Of a stretch of 44,758 nucleotides of DNA, positions 29,617 to 38,102 are shown piece by piece (the stretch's first letter is position 1; every line of letters begins with the position of its first letter). Below the pieces are notes generated by a model. That model ran no database searches, was not told the DNA's origin, and saw only the letters and a list, made by a program, of their open reading frames with translations. The stretch lies in the IMG/VR virus record IMGVR_UViG_3300031507_000013, positions 1 through 44,758 of that record; one strand, 5' to 3'. The translations under genes and the position numbers were made by a program. Source of the DNA: a virus.

Positions 29617-30483
29617 ATGCTGAGACCAGAAGGCGACGGGATGGACTATCAGAAACGACACCATCCGAGGAACCAGATCGGCAGTGCAATGCTGCTACGG
29701 CGGTTGATGAAACATCATCCCGAGCACGGTCCGTCCCCTGAAGCGTTCAAATTTTTCAATAATGATGATCCCGAGATTTTCGACATCAAATGTGCGGTCG
29801 CCAAATACTTCGGGCGATCACTGGACGAGATGGACAATCCGGATGGCCGCACGACAGAAGAAATCGCGCCGCGCTGGGTGTTCATGTTCCTGGCTCGCTA
29901 TGCCGGAAAGAAGTTCGCCCAGATCGGAAAATCACTCGGCCTTCACCATGCATCGGTCATGCACGGTTTCCAGAAGTTCCGTGATCTGTCGCGTGATGAC
30001 TGGACGATTGCTTATGATGCCGGACATGTCGACAAAATTATCATGGGAGAGAACGCCCGACGCCCTGTGGCGCAGCCAAATGAACCTGACACCAGAACCG
30101 ATAACAATAGCAAGATCATCAATGCCGTCTGCGCGAAGTTCGACATCACGCGCACCATTTTTCACGGGGAAAGCCGGAACGGGATAGTCACCGTGGCACG
30201 CCGTGAGGCAATCATAGAATTGAAATGCGCTGGCTTGAGCCGAGCTGCCATATCGCGCGCGACAGGGCTCAATCAATCGACCGTCATCTATTGGCTGAAC
30301 GCAACCAAGCGGGAATCAGTCAAGGCCAAAATGCTGATCAACGCTCGTTCCAAGGCAAAGGCGAAGAGAAATGGACATCTTCACAACGCTGCGCAAAATC
30401 AGGCGCCTGCCAAGGCCGCACCGGATCGCGTTTCTCCAGTCGCTCACAGCCCTGGAGCCGCCGCGCTCCATTCGCCGCGCTGA
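29617..30483 (+). CDS. replication-initiation-like protein with two DnaA domain-IV-type HTH modules (288 aa)
   Basis: APRWVFMFLARYAGKKFAQIGKSLGLHHASVMHGFQKF and VARREAIIELKCAGLSRAAISRATGLNQSTVIYW both resemble the DnaA C-terminal DNA-binding domain. The last about 35 residues are low complexity. Confidence 0.6.
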   Translation: MLRPEGDGMDYQKRHHPRNQIGSAMLLRRLMKHHPEHGPSPEAFKFFNNDDPEIFDIKCAVAKYFGRSLDEMDNPDGRTTEEIAPRWVFMFLARYAGKKFAQIGKSLGLHHASVMHGFQKFRDLSRDDWTIAYDAGHVDKIIMGENARRPVAQPNEPDTRTDNNSKIINAVCAKFDITRTIFHGESRNGIVTVARREAIIELKCAGLSRAAISRATGLNQSTVIYWLNATKRESVKAKMLINARSKAKAKRNGHLHNAAQNQAPAKAAPDRVSPVAHSPGAAALHSPR

Positions 30484-30565
30484 GCTTGAGGCCGCTACAA
30501 AGTTCGAGATGACCGCACAACTCCGCAAAGAGAGCGGCCGACGCAAACACAGGAGATCGGCGTGA
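30371..30565 (+). CDS. overlapping small ORF (64 aa), uncertain
   Basis: It overlaps the last 113 nt of the previous gene in another frame. Its stop overlaps the GTG of the next gene (GTGA), which fits the operon's coupling pattern. Confidence 0.35.
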   Translation: MDIFTTLRKIRRLPRPHRIAFLQSLTALEPPRSIRRAELEAATKFEMTAQLRKESGRRKHRRSA

Positions 30566-30777
30566 AAGCCAAACTCGCCTATCTCACCACGCCAGCCCCG
30601 GGCATCTTTGTCCTCAACATCCAAGTTGGAGACGCGCCGGTGCAACGTTTCGAAATCTCAAAAGCGCACCTCAGCAATATTCTGATCGACGGCGCATCAG
30701 TTGCCTTGCGTGAATATTCACAGAACGAGGAACCACATGAGCGAACTTCAAACGGCTCCAGCCGCTGGCCACAATAG
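30562..30777 (+). CDS. hypothetical protein (71 aa)
   Basis: GTG start. Track ORF. Confidence 0.45.
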   Translation: MKAKLAYLTTPAPGIFVLNIQVGDAPVQRFEISKAHLSNILIDGASVALREYSQNEEPHERTSNGSSRWPQ

Positions 30778-31006
30778 CTTCCCGAAGGAACAGCTGCGCT
30801 TAATCATCGAGCGGATCGAGAACCTTGAGGGTGAAAAGAAAGAGCTCGGGAAGGACATCGCCGAAATCTATCTGGAAGCCAAGGGGAATGGCTATGACTG
30901 CAAGGCGCTTCGGGCCATCGTCCGCATGCGCCGGCAAGATCCAAACGACAGGCAGGAGGCTGAGACGATCCTGGAGACCTATATGCATGCCTTGAACATG
31001 ATCTAA
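30737..31006 (+). CDS. GapR-like (DUF2312) DNA-binding protein (89 aa)
   Basis: QLRLIIERIENLEGEKKELGKDIAEIYLEAKGNGYDCKALRAIVRMRRQDPNDRQEAETILETYMHAL matches the DUF2312/GapR pattern. Confidence 0.75.
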   Translation: MSELQTAPAAGHNSFPKEQLRLIIERIENLEGEKKELGKDIAEIYLEAKGNGYDCKALRAIVRMRRQDPNDRQEAETILETYMHALNMI

Positions 31007-31476
31007 TGAGCAAAAAGACGGACCTGTGGATGCCTCTTTATGTTGGCGACTACCTCGCCGATACGGGGCACCTGTCAACTACGCAGCATGGGGCATATTT
31101 GCTTCTGTTAATGCACTATTGGCGCAAGCGAGAACTCCCCACCGATGACAAGCAACTAGCAGCAATTGCTAAGCTACCGCTGCGCATTTGGTTGGACACC
31201 AAAGAGACGATACAGGCGTTCTTTTACATGGGTTGGCAGCACAAACGTCTCGAAGCTGAGCTGGAGAAGCGGGCAAAGGTAGCAAATGCTAGGGCAATTG
31301 CTGGGCAAAAGGGCGGTTCGCGTACTCAGATGAACAGTTTCATAGCGAAAGCAAATGCTCCATTTTGCTCAAGCATGACACATACACAAAGAAATATAAC
31401 TACTGCTGCCTCTGAGGATAGACGAACTCGGCCTCTGATCAGCACCGAAGCCTTGTCGAAACTGAAAGGGGCTTAG
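31006..31476 (+). CDS. DUF1376 (YdaU-like) replication-associated protein (156 aa)
   Basis: LWMPLYVGDYLADTGHLSTTQHGAYLLLLMHYWRKRELPTDDKQLAAIAK is the typical DUF1376 N-terminus. Confidence 0.7.
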   Translation: MSKKTDLWMPLYVGDYLADTGHLSTTQHGAYLLLLMHYWRKRELPTDDKQLAAIAKLPLRIWLDTKETIQAFFYMGWQHKRLEAELEKRAKVANARAIAGQKGGSRTQMNSFIAKANAPFCSSMTHTQRNITTAASEDRRTRPLISTEALSKLKGA

Positions 31477-31478
31477 CA

Positions 31479-31682
31479 GTGATCAGAGATCCATCGGACG
31501 GATCGGTGCGTGAAGCGCCAAAATCCGAAACCAGGATCCTGGTTTCGAAGGTCGATATCGGTATTCCGACATCGCATGTCCCATCTGGCCTCCCCACAGC
31601 ATCCACCAGACCACAAATGATTGCGAAGCTTGAGAAATCGCGCGAATGGCTGAAGAACTATCACGAGAGGAAACACAAATGA
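31479..31682 (+). CDS. hypothetical protein (67 aa)
   Basis: GTG start 2 nt after the upstream stop. ATGA overlap downstream. Confidence 0.45.
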   Translation: MIRDPSDGSVREAPKSETRILVSKVDIGIPTSHVPSGLPTASTRPQMIAKLEKSREWLKNYHERKHK

Positions 31683-32260
31683 CGATGACCACTCGCCGAT
31701 ATGATAAAATGAGCCGCCAGAAGCGCCAAAAGCCCTACGACCCGGCCGCAGCCAAGATCCACGATCGCCGTACGGCGGACTTCAATCGCGGCCAGACCGG
31801 CCATGTCGCCCCGATCGAGGTCGACGACCCGCTCGAGCGCGGTGCCCGGCTCGTCGTCATGCGCTCGACCCGTGACGACCCCTTGGGCCGGCTGCACTCA
31901 CACCGCCAGATCGACGAAGCGCAATACCAGGCGGGCAGGGCGTTCCAACAGGACTTTGAAACCGCAGAGAACGGTCCCAGAGCGATTGATCCGGCCAAGG
32001 AGTACGTGGATGGCGGGGCGCTCCCAGAACCTATCAGTGAGCTCCGTATGCGATCTGTAGCCCGGTTGAACAGGATCGAAGCCGCCTTGGGAATGGAAGG
32101 CTCGATAATCGTGCATCAGATCCTCGTTTTCGGCTGGACAATGCGGGCCATTGCCGGCGCTCGTGGGCTGAACGGCCGGAGCTGGGACGACTATTTCGGG
32201 AAGCGGTTTCGCTGCGCGCTCGACACGATGGCGGTTATTTATGGATTGGCGATGCGGTAA
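31679..32260 (+). CDS. putative transcription regulator (DUF6456-like), candidate late-gene activator (193 aa)
   Basis: DDPLGRLHSHRQIDEAQYQAGRAFQQDFETAE resembles a family I recall as DUF6456 (unverified). It is the last early-right gene, directly before the non-coding region that precedes the late operon. Confidence 0.4.
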   Translation: MTMTTRRYDKMSRQKRQKPYDPAAAKIHDRRTADFNRGQTGHVAPIEVDDPLERGARLVVMRSTRDDPLGRLHSHRQIDEAQYQAGRAFQQDFETAENGPRAIDPAKEYVDGGALPEPISELRMRSVARLNRIEAALGMEGSIIVHQILVFGWTMRAIAGARGLNGRSWDDYFGKRFRCALDTMAVIYGLAMR

Positions 32261-32513
32261 AATGTGCACAACTTTCAAAAATATTGCCCCCGGGGCAAAT
32301 CAGTGCAACTGACTATAATCGCAAGCGAGATTTGTGGTTTGGTCCCGGCTGGCTCTGCTCCTCCCCGTGCCGCCGCCCCGTATAGCTGATTATGTCTTTG
32401 CACGTAGTCGGTTGCAAATGGCCTATCCAAGTTGACCGCAAAATCTAGGTGGATGAGCCATTCTACGGCCTTGGTGAAAGCCAAGGGGGATCGCCAAATT
32501 CCAAGAGGTCGTC
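32261..32513 (+). promoter_or_regulatory. 253-nt AT-richer non-coding region upstream of the late operon
   Basis: It contains the palindrome TTGCCCC-C-GGGGCAA (32284..32298), a consensus TATAAT (32314..32319), the hairpin CCTTGG-N6-CCAAGG (32469..32486), and the RBS AAGAGG before the ATG at 32514. Confidence 0.5.
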
Positions 32514-32699
32514 ATGCCGATTCAGAAAGGCGCCAAGCCCGGCTCCAAGGGATTTTCATCCAACATCAAGGCTGAAATGACCGCGGGGCGCCCGCAGAAG
32601 CAGGCTGTTGCGATCGCCTATTCGGAAGCGGGTGAGAAGCGCAAGCCGGCGGGAAAATCACGGACCAGCGGCATGTTGGGCGGAATCGGAAAGAGATAA
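32514..32699 (+). CDS. small basic protein (DUF6496-like, 61 aa)
   Basis: GRPQKQAVAIAYSEAGEKRK resembles a small conserved family recalled as DUF6496. It is the first gene of the late operon. Confidence 0.5.
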   Translation: MPIQKGAKPGSKGFSSNIKAEMTAGRPQKQAVAIAYSEAGEKRKPAGKSRTSGMLGGIGKR

Positions 32700-33137
32700 A
32701 TGCCGGCAGGTCGCCCGTCCGATTACAGCATCGAGACCACAACGGCGATCTGCGTTCGCTTGGGACTCGGGGAAAGCCTCCGGGAGATTTGTCAAGAAGA
32801 GGAAATGCCGGACAAGTCGACCGTCATGCGGTGGCTGGCAACTCACGCCGAATTCCGCGACCAATACGCGAGCGCGCGTGAAGCTCAAGCTGACTACTAC
32901 GCTGAGGAGATTATAGAAATCAGCGATGATGGCTCAAATGATTGGATGGAGCGCCAGCGCAATGACGGCTCGATCGAGGAGGTTGAGAACAAGGAAGTCC
33001 TGAACCGATCTCGGCTCCGCGTCGATACCCGGAAATGGCTGATGGCCCGTATGGCACCCAAGAAGTACGGCGACAAGGTAGTTCAGGAACACCAAGGCCC
33101 TGATGGCGGTCCCGTCGTCATAACATGGCAACGATAG
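32700..33137 (+). CDS. terS: terminase small subunit (145 aa)
   Basis: The N-terminal HTH-like segment is GRPSDYSIETTTAICVRLGLGESLREICQEEEMPDKSTVMRWL...FRDQYASAREAQAD, typical of this TerS family. It lies directly upstream of TerL and overlaps it. Confidence 0.75.
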   Translation: MPAGRPSDYSIETTTAICVRLGLGESLREICQEEEMPDKSTVMRWLATHAEFRDQYASAREAQADYYAEEIIEISDDGSNDWMERQRNDGSIEEVENKEVLNRSRLRVDTRKWLMARMAPKKYGDKVVQEHQGPDGGPVVITWQR

Positions 33138-34423
33138 TCATTCCCTATCGACCGCGACCGCAGTTCGAAGCCTACCACGACCGCACCGAACGCTTTGCCA
33201 AAATCGTTGCGCACCGTCGCTTCGGCAAGACCGTTGGCTGCATCAACGACAAGATCAAGGCCGCTCTGACCAACACCAGGCAGCATCCGCCTCCGCGCTA
33301 TGCCTACATCGCTCCGACCTATGCGCAGGCGAAGGACGTGGCTTGGAGCTATCTGAAGCACTATTCGTCTCCCATCCCCGGAATTGACGCGCGTGAATCT
33401 GATCTGAGCGTCGAATACCCGAACGGAGCTCGCATCAGGCTTTATGGCGCGGACAATTATGATCGGCTTCGCGGCCTGTATCATGATGGCGTCACGATCG
33501 ATGAGCCGGCGCTCATGGATCCAAGGGCATGGCCTGAGGTTATCAGACCGACTCTTTCGGATTATTCTGGCTGGGCTACTTTTATCGGCACTCCTGCGGG
33601 TCGTGACTGGTTCTACAAGGTAGACCGGCTAGAGGATGGTCGATCGGCCGATGGCTGGTTCAGACGCATTCTGAAGGCCAGCGAAACGGGCATAATTTCG
33701 GCTGAGGAGCTTGCAAGCCTCAAGGAAGGACTGACCCAAGACCAATACGACCGCGAATTCGAGTGCTCGTTTGATGCGGCGATCATCGGTGCCTATTACG
33801 CGCAGATGATGGCGAAGGCCCAAGCTGATGGCCGTATTGGTCGGGTTGCGGCCGATCCTTTGTTGCCACTGCGTGCGTTTCACGACATCGGCGGGTCAGG
33901 TGGGTTGGCAGATGCCTACACCATCTGGATTACCCAATGGGTGGGGCAGGAAATCCGCATTCTCGACTATTACGAGTCGGTCGGCCAAGTGCTCGCATAT
34001 CACGTCAACTGGATGCGAGCGCGAGGCTATGAGGCGGCAATCAACTATCTGCCGCATGATGGTGTCGAGTCCGACAAGATCACCGGCAAGAAATATGAGG
34101 ATCACTGGCGCGATGCCGGGTTCAAGGTTGAGCCGCCGGTCAAGAACCAAGGTAAGGGCGCGGCGCTCCGACGTGTCGAAGAGTTGCGGCGCATTGGAGA
34201 CAAGATCTGGTGGAACGAGGCAACTACGGAACCGGGACGCAACGCGCTGGTTCACTATCATGAAAAGCGAGATGAGACTCGCAATGTCGGCCTTGGCCCG
34301 GAGCACAATTGGGCAAGCCACGCGGCTGATTCAATCGGCATGATGGCGATCTGCTACCAGCCGCCGGCGAACGAGGCTAATTTCAATCGGTCGCTGGCCT
34401 ATGAGAACAGAGGATGGCGATGA
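33125..34423 (+). CDS. terL: terminase large subunit (432 aa)
   Basis: Walker A-like AHRRFGKT, Walker B HDGVTIDE, and a C-terminal nuclease-like region (FHDIGGSG...YLPHDG). Confidence 0.85.
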   Translation: MATIVIPYRPRPQFEAYHDRTERFAKIVAHRRFGKTVGCINDKIKAALTNTRQHPPPRYAYIAPTYAQAKDVAWSYLKHYSSPIPGIDARESDLSVEYPNGARIRLYGADNYDRLRGLYHDGVTIDEPALMDPRAWPEVIRPTLSDYSGWATFIGTPAGRDWFYKVDRLEDGRSADGWFRRILKASETGIISAEELASLKEGLTQDQYDREFECSFDAAIIGAYYAQMMAKAQADGRIGRVAADPLLPLRAFHDIGGSGGLADAYTIWITQWVGQEIRILDYYESVGQVLAYHVNWMRARGYEAAINYLPHDGVESDKITGKKYEDHWRDAGFKVEPPVKNQGKGAALRRVEELRRIGDKIWWNEATTEPGRNALVHYHEKRDETRNVGLGPEHNWASHAADSIGMMAICYQPPANEANFNRSLAYENRGWR

Positions 34424-34701
34424 TGAAAGGAACGTTTGGCATTACCCGAGAAGAAGGCGGATATTGGGAAAAGGCGGAGCGCGGCAATTCCGTCCACTCA
34501 ATTTGGTTTGATGATGGCTCGCAATGGGATGCCGTGAACGGCTGGCGTGACCGAGTAAGGCCCGTCACGTTCGCGGATCGTGTCAATCTCATCATCACTG
34601 AAGCTAATCAGAAGTTTGACCGCTTGGCGGCGGCTCTTCGAACGGAATCAGATCTTCTTCGCGTGGGTCCCGGCCGGGTTATTCGGAGCGAATGGCGATG
34701 A
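34414..34701 (+). CDS. hypothetical protein (95 aa)
   Basis: Track ORF overlapping the TerL 3' end. Confidence 0.5.
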   Translation: MAMMKGTFGITREEGGYWEKAERGNSVHSIWFDDGSQWDAVNGWRDRVRPVTFADRVNLIITEANQKFDRLAAALRTESDLLRVGPGRVIRSEWR

Positions 34702-34725
34702 TCTCGCACTCATGCGGAATGTGAA

Positions 34726-35307
34726 GTGGCAAAGCTGAGCGTTGACGACATCAAGACCATGCTGGCGAGCGAGAAATCCAGCGCCATGGCCGCGCTCTCG
34801 GCTGCCAACCTGGCTGACGACCGCGCTAATGCCATGGATTACTACCTCGGCCACATGGAAAAGGACATGCCGGCGCAGGATGGCCGGTCGCGCGCTGTCT
34901 CGACTGACGTGGCTGACACCATTGAGGGCTTGTTGCCTCACCTGATGGATATCTTTGCGGGATCTGACGAGGTTGTGCGGTTCGAGCCGGTCGGCCCCGA
35001 GGACGAAGAGGCCGCGCAGCAGGAGACCGATTACGTCAATCACGTCTTCATGCAGCAGAACCCCGGCTTCATGGTGCTGTACGGATTTGTGAAGGATGCG
35101 CTGCTCTCGAAAACCGGAATCGTGAAGATCTGGTGGGAAGAGGACGAGCAGGAGGAGCGCGAGAGCTATTACGACCTCTCGCAGGACCAGTTCGACGCGC
35201 TGGCCATGGGCGTGGAGATGTCGAACGGGAAAATGAAGATCGTCGAGCATACGCAGAACGGCGAGGACGAGGCTGCGGAGCCCCAGGAAGAGGCCGAGAC
35301 GAACTGA
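34726..35307 (+). CDS. portal protein, N-terminal part (193 aa)
   Basis: GTG start. AMDYYLGHMEKDMPAQDGRSRAVSTDVADTIEGLLPHLMDIFAGSDEVVRFEP...QQETDYVNHVFMQQNPGF...GIVKIWWEE resembles portal N-terminal regions (memory, unverified). It ends in an acidic tail, and its TGA overlaps the next ATG. Confidence 0.6.
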   Translation: MAKLSVDDIKTMLASEKSSAMAALSAANLADDRANAMDYYLGHMEKDMPAQDGRSRAVSTDVADTIEGLLPHLMDIFAGSDEVVRFEPVGPEDEEAAQQETDYVNHVFMQQNPGFMVLYGFVKDALLSKTGIVKIWWEEDEQEERESYYDLSQDQFDALAMGVEMSNGKMKIVEHTQNGEDEAAEPQEEAETN

Positions 35308-35429
35308 TGCGACCAGGCACCCGAGTTTTCATTATCACTGACTATGCCGCGATCGAGATCACAAAGGACGGTCATATCCTGCGCAACCTAAATTGGTGTG
35401 ACCCGCGCATTCTAGTGCTGCGCCCATGA
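35307..35429 (+). CDS. 40-codon ORF intervening between the two portal ORFs
   Basis: MRPGTRVFIITDYAAIEITKDGHILRNLNWCDPRILVLRP. TGATG overlap upstream and ATGA overlap downstream. Confidence 0.35.
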   Translation: MRPGTRVFIITDYAAIEITKDGHILRNLNWCDPRILVLRP

Positions 35430-37417
35430 ACGCATACGTCGGCGCGGCGCAGGGCAACCCGATCGAGCCAGCCCAAAACGCGCTCGTTCAGACACCGGCT
35501 CAACAGCTCCAAGCACTCCCGCCGGAGCCGCCCAAGCCGATAAGTCACGACGTCACGATCGTCACAACCCGCAAGCTCGCCCGTGCCCGAGCGCTCGGGG
35601 TTCCTCCCGAGGAATTCGGCATCGAGCGGGCCGCGCGGGACATCAAGACATGCAATTACTGTTTTCACGAGGTCGTCACCAAAACCCGCGCGCAGCTGAT
35701 CGCGGAGGGCTTTGACGAAGACCAAATCAACGCCATCACGACATGGACCGGCCAGGCACCTACCGCCGTTGAGGTTCAGGCCCGTGATTCCGTCCATGAA
35801 AGCTATTGGACATCCTCGGACATCAACACGGCGGCCCAGCCGGTCAAGATCACCGAGCATTACGTTCGGATGGATTACCGCGGTGACGGACGGCCATGCC
35901 TCTACATGGTGGTGACGGGAGGCGATCTCGGCGACGTTCTCAAAAAGGACGGGAAGGAGGTGATCGAACCAGTCGATGTTATCCCATTCGCCGCGACCAC
36001 GCCGGTTCCGATCACGCACCGGTTCTTTGGGCGATCGATCGCCGATCTGGTCATGCCGGCGCAGCGGGAAAAGACGGCGCTCAAGCGCGGCGCGCTGGAC
36101 AACCTTTATCTGCACAACAATCCGCGCGTAGAGGTCGCGGAGCAAAATGCTGGACCGAATACTCTCGATGATCTTCTGGTTAGCCGCCCTGGTGGCGTGG
36201 TTCGCACAAAGACGCCGGGCGGGCTGAACTGGCAGACCGTGCCGGATATCACCCCGTCGATCTACCCCATGATGAATTACATCGATGCCGAGCTAGAAGC
36301 CCGCACCGGCTTGGCCAAACAGACGCAGGGCATTGATGCCAACGCGCTGCAGAACCAGTCGGCTACGGCCGTGGCGCAAGTGTTCAGCGCCTCCCAGATG
36401 CGCATCAAGCTCGTCGCGCGCATCATGGCGGAGGGCGTGCGGGACATCTTCTCTTTGCTGCACCACACCATTCGCTCGCACGGGCAGGAAAAGCAGACCG
36501 TACGGCTGCGCAACAAATGGGTTCCGGTCGACCCGCGTGCATGGAAAACCCGCGACGACATGACGATCCATGTCGGGCTTGGCTCTGGCGGGAAGGCCCA
36601 GCAGTTCGCCCAGGTCATGGCGCTCGGCAACGTGCAGAAGGAACTGCTGGCTGGCGGCAAATCCAATCTGGTCGGCGACCGCGAGCTTTATAATACTGCG
36701 GCGGAACTGACCCGGATCATGGGGCACAAGAACCCGGACCAGTTCTTCAACGATCCGACCGCCAAAAAACCGGATGGCTCGCTGAAGAACCCGCCGGTGC
36801 CTCCCCCGCCAGATCCGAAGGTGCAGATCGAGCAGATGAAGGCCCAGGGACAGGCCCAGCTCGAGCAGCAGAAGCAACAGCATACAATGCAGGTTGAGCA
36901 GGGCAAAGGACAGCTAGAGCTATTCAAGACCCAGGCCAAGGCCCAGCAGGACGCCGACAAGGCCAAGCTGGATGCTATGCATCAGCAGATGAAGACTGAG
37001 GCCGAAATCGAACTGGCGCGGCAAAAAGCTCAGCTTGAGACGGAAAAGGCCGTCATCGATGCCCAACTGAAGAAGGAATTGGCGCAGATCGAAGCGCAGA
37101 TGAAACAGCAGAACATGGCGCACCAGCAGGCCACTCACCAGCACGAGATGGCCATGAAGCAGATGGAAATGGCCCACGCGAACAGCCAGCATCAGCAGAA
37201 GATGCAGCATGTCCAATCTGCGCATGAGAGCAAGATGAAGCAGGGTGAGGCCAAGGCGAAGGCCAAGAGCGCACCAAAGCCTCAAGCTCCGAAGGCTGAG
37301 AAGCCGGCCGGCAGCCCTGTGGATGATGCCGTGAAGATCCTTGAGGCGGTGGCCAAGGTGCAGAAGCCGAAAAAGGTAATCCGTGACGACAAAGGTCAGG
37401 TGACGGGCATCGAATGA
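35426..37417 (+). CDS. portal protein, C-terminal part with long Gln/Lys-rich coiled-coil tail (663 aa)
   Basis: VPPEEFGIERAARDIKTCNYCFHEVVTKTRAQLIAEGFDEDQI plus a large conserved core. About 160 C-terminal residues form a heptad-like Q/K/A/E-rich helix reminiscent of the P22 portal barrel. The position after TerL supports the call. Confidence 0.7.
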   Translation: MNAYVGAAQGNPIEPAQNALVQTPAQQLQALPPEPPKPISHDVTIVTTRKLARARALGVPPEEFGIERAARDIKTCNYCFHEVVTKTRAQLIAEGFDEDQINAITTWTGQAPTAVEVQARDSVHESYWTSSDINTAAQPVKITEHYVRMDYRGDGRPCLYMVVTGGDLGDVLKKDGKEVIEPVDVIPFAATTPVPITHRFFGRSIADLVMPAQREKTALKRGALDNLYLHNNPRVEVAEQNAGPNTLDDLLVSRPGGVVRTKTPGGLNWQTVPDITPSIYPMMNYIDAELEARTGLAKQTQGIDANALQNQSATAVAQVFSASQMRIKLVARIMAEGVRDIFSLLHHTIRSHGQEKQTVRLRNKWVPVDPRAWKTRDDMTIHVGLGSGGKAQQFAQVMALGNVQKELLAGGKSNLVGDRELYNTAAELTRIMGHKNPDQFFNDPTAKKPDGSLKNPPVPPPPDPKVQIEQMKAQGQAQLEQQKQQHTMQVEQGKGQLELFKTQAKAQQDADKAKLDAMHQQMKTEAEIELARQKAQLETEKAVIDAQLKKELAQIEAQMKQQNMAHQQATHQHEMAMKQMEMAHANSQHQQKMQHVQSAHESKMKQGEAKAKAKSAPKPQAPKAEKPAGSPVDDAVKILEAVAKVQKPKKVIRDDKGQVTGIE

Positions 37418-37818
37418 CACACCAGTATTCCGTTGCCGTCAGAAATGCAGCGCTCGACGCGCGCGAGACGCAGATCGGCACGGGTGCCATCCTGAAGCTG
37501 TTTTCGGGTGCGGAACCTGCCAACTGCGCGGCGGCCGATCCGTCCGGGCTGCTCGCTACTCTGACGTTGCCAACGGATTGGATGGCAGCGGCTTCTGGTG
37601 GGGTAAAAGCCAAAGCCGGGGTGTGGACAGGGACGGGCTCTGGAGCCGGCACAGTGGCCTCCTATCGCATCTATGACAGTGGTCTGGTGGCCTGCCACGT
37701 CCAGGGAACGGTGACGGCGACCGGTGGGGGCGGTGATATGACGGTCGACAATGCTGTCATTGCCAGCAGCCAGACAATCACGGTCAACACCTATCAGTGG
37801 ACGGCCGGTAATCCATGA
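37414..37818 (+). CDS. hypothetical virion-module protein (134 aa)
   Basis: ATGA overlap with the portal gene. Confidence 0.6.
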   Translation: MTHQYSVAVRNAALDARETQIGTGAILKLFSGAEPANCAAADPSGLLATLTLPTDWMAAASGGVKAKAGVWTGTGSGAGTVASYRIYDSGLVACHVQGTVTATGGGGDMTVDNAVIASSQTITVNTYQWTAGNP

Positions 37819-38102
37819 GCAGCGTCGGGACAGCTACATTGTCGTTTGGTGCCGCGCCGGGATCGAGCATCGCGACTATTGCTGTGACCGGACAAGCCGC
37901 GATCGGGGTCAATGACTATGCAGAGGCGTTCCTGATGGGTGATGCGACGGCAGATCACAATGCGCCTGAGCATACGCTGTTCAAGCGGCTGGTCGGACTG
38001 ACCTGTGGCTCTGTCGTGGCCGGAACAGGCTTCACGATTACGGCCGAAAGTGAATTGCGGCTGACCGGTGCAGTTAAGTGTCGCTGGGTCTGGAGCGCGT
38101 AA
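37815..38102 (+). CDS. hypothetical virion-module protein (95 aa)
   Basis: ATGA overlap upstream. Confidence 0.55.
   Translation: MSSVGTATLSFGAAPGSSIATIAVTGQAAIGVNDYAEAFLMGDATADHNAPEHTLFKRLVGLTCGSVVAGTGFTITAESELRLTGAVKCRWVWSA

Noticed and set aside
32275-32484. 69-aa minus-strand ORF in the non-coding region before the late operon
   Set aside because: It has no Shine-Dalgarno, is oriented against both flanking operons, and has poor composition. The region is better explained as regulatory.
35302-35431. Possible T4 gene-60-style translational bypass across the portal gap (AAC before the TGA at 35305, AAC again right after the ATG at 35426)
   Set aside because: The matching codon has about a 1/60 chance of occurring by chance. 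The gap is far longer than known bypasses. TGATG/ATGA coupling of three separate ORFs explains the arrangement more simply. It is kept only as something junction-peptide MS would reveal.
36293-37652. Long minus-strand and alternative-frame ORFs over the portal coiled-coil region
   Set aside because: They are mirror images of the Gln/Lys/Ala-rich repeat-like coding sequence (Leu/His/Arg-rich antisense). There are no independent signals.
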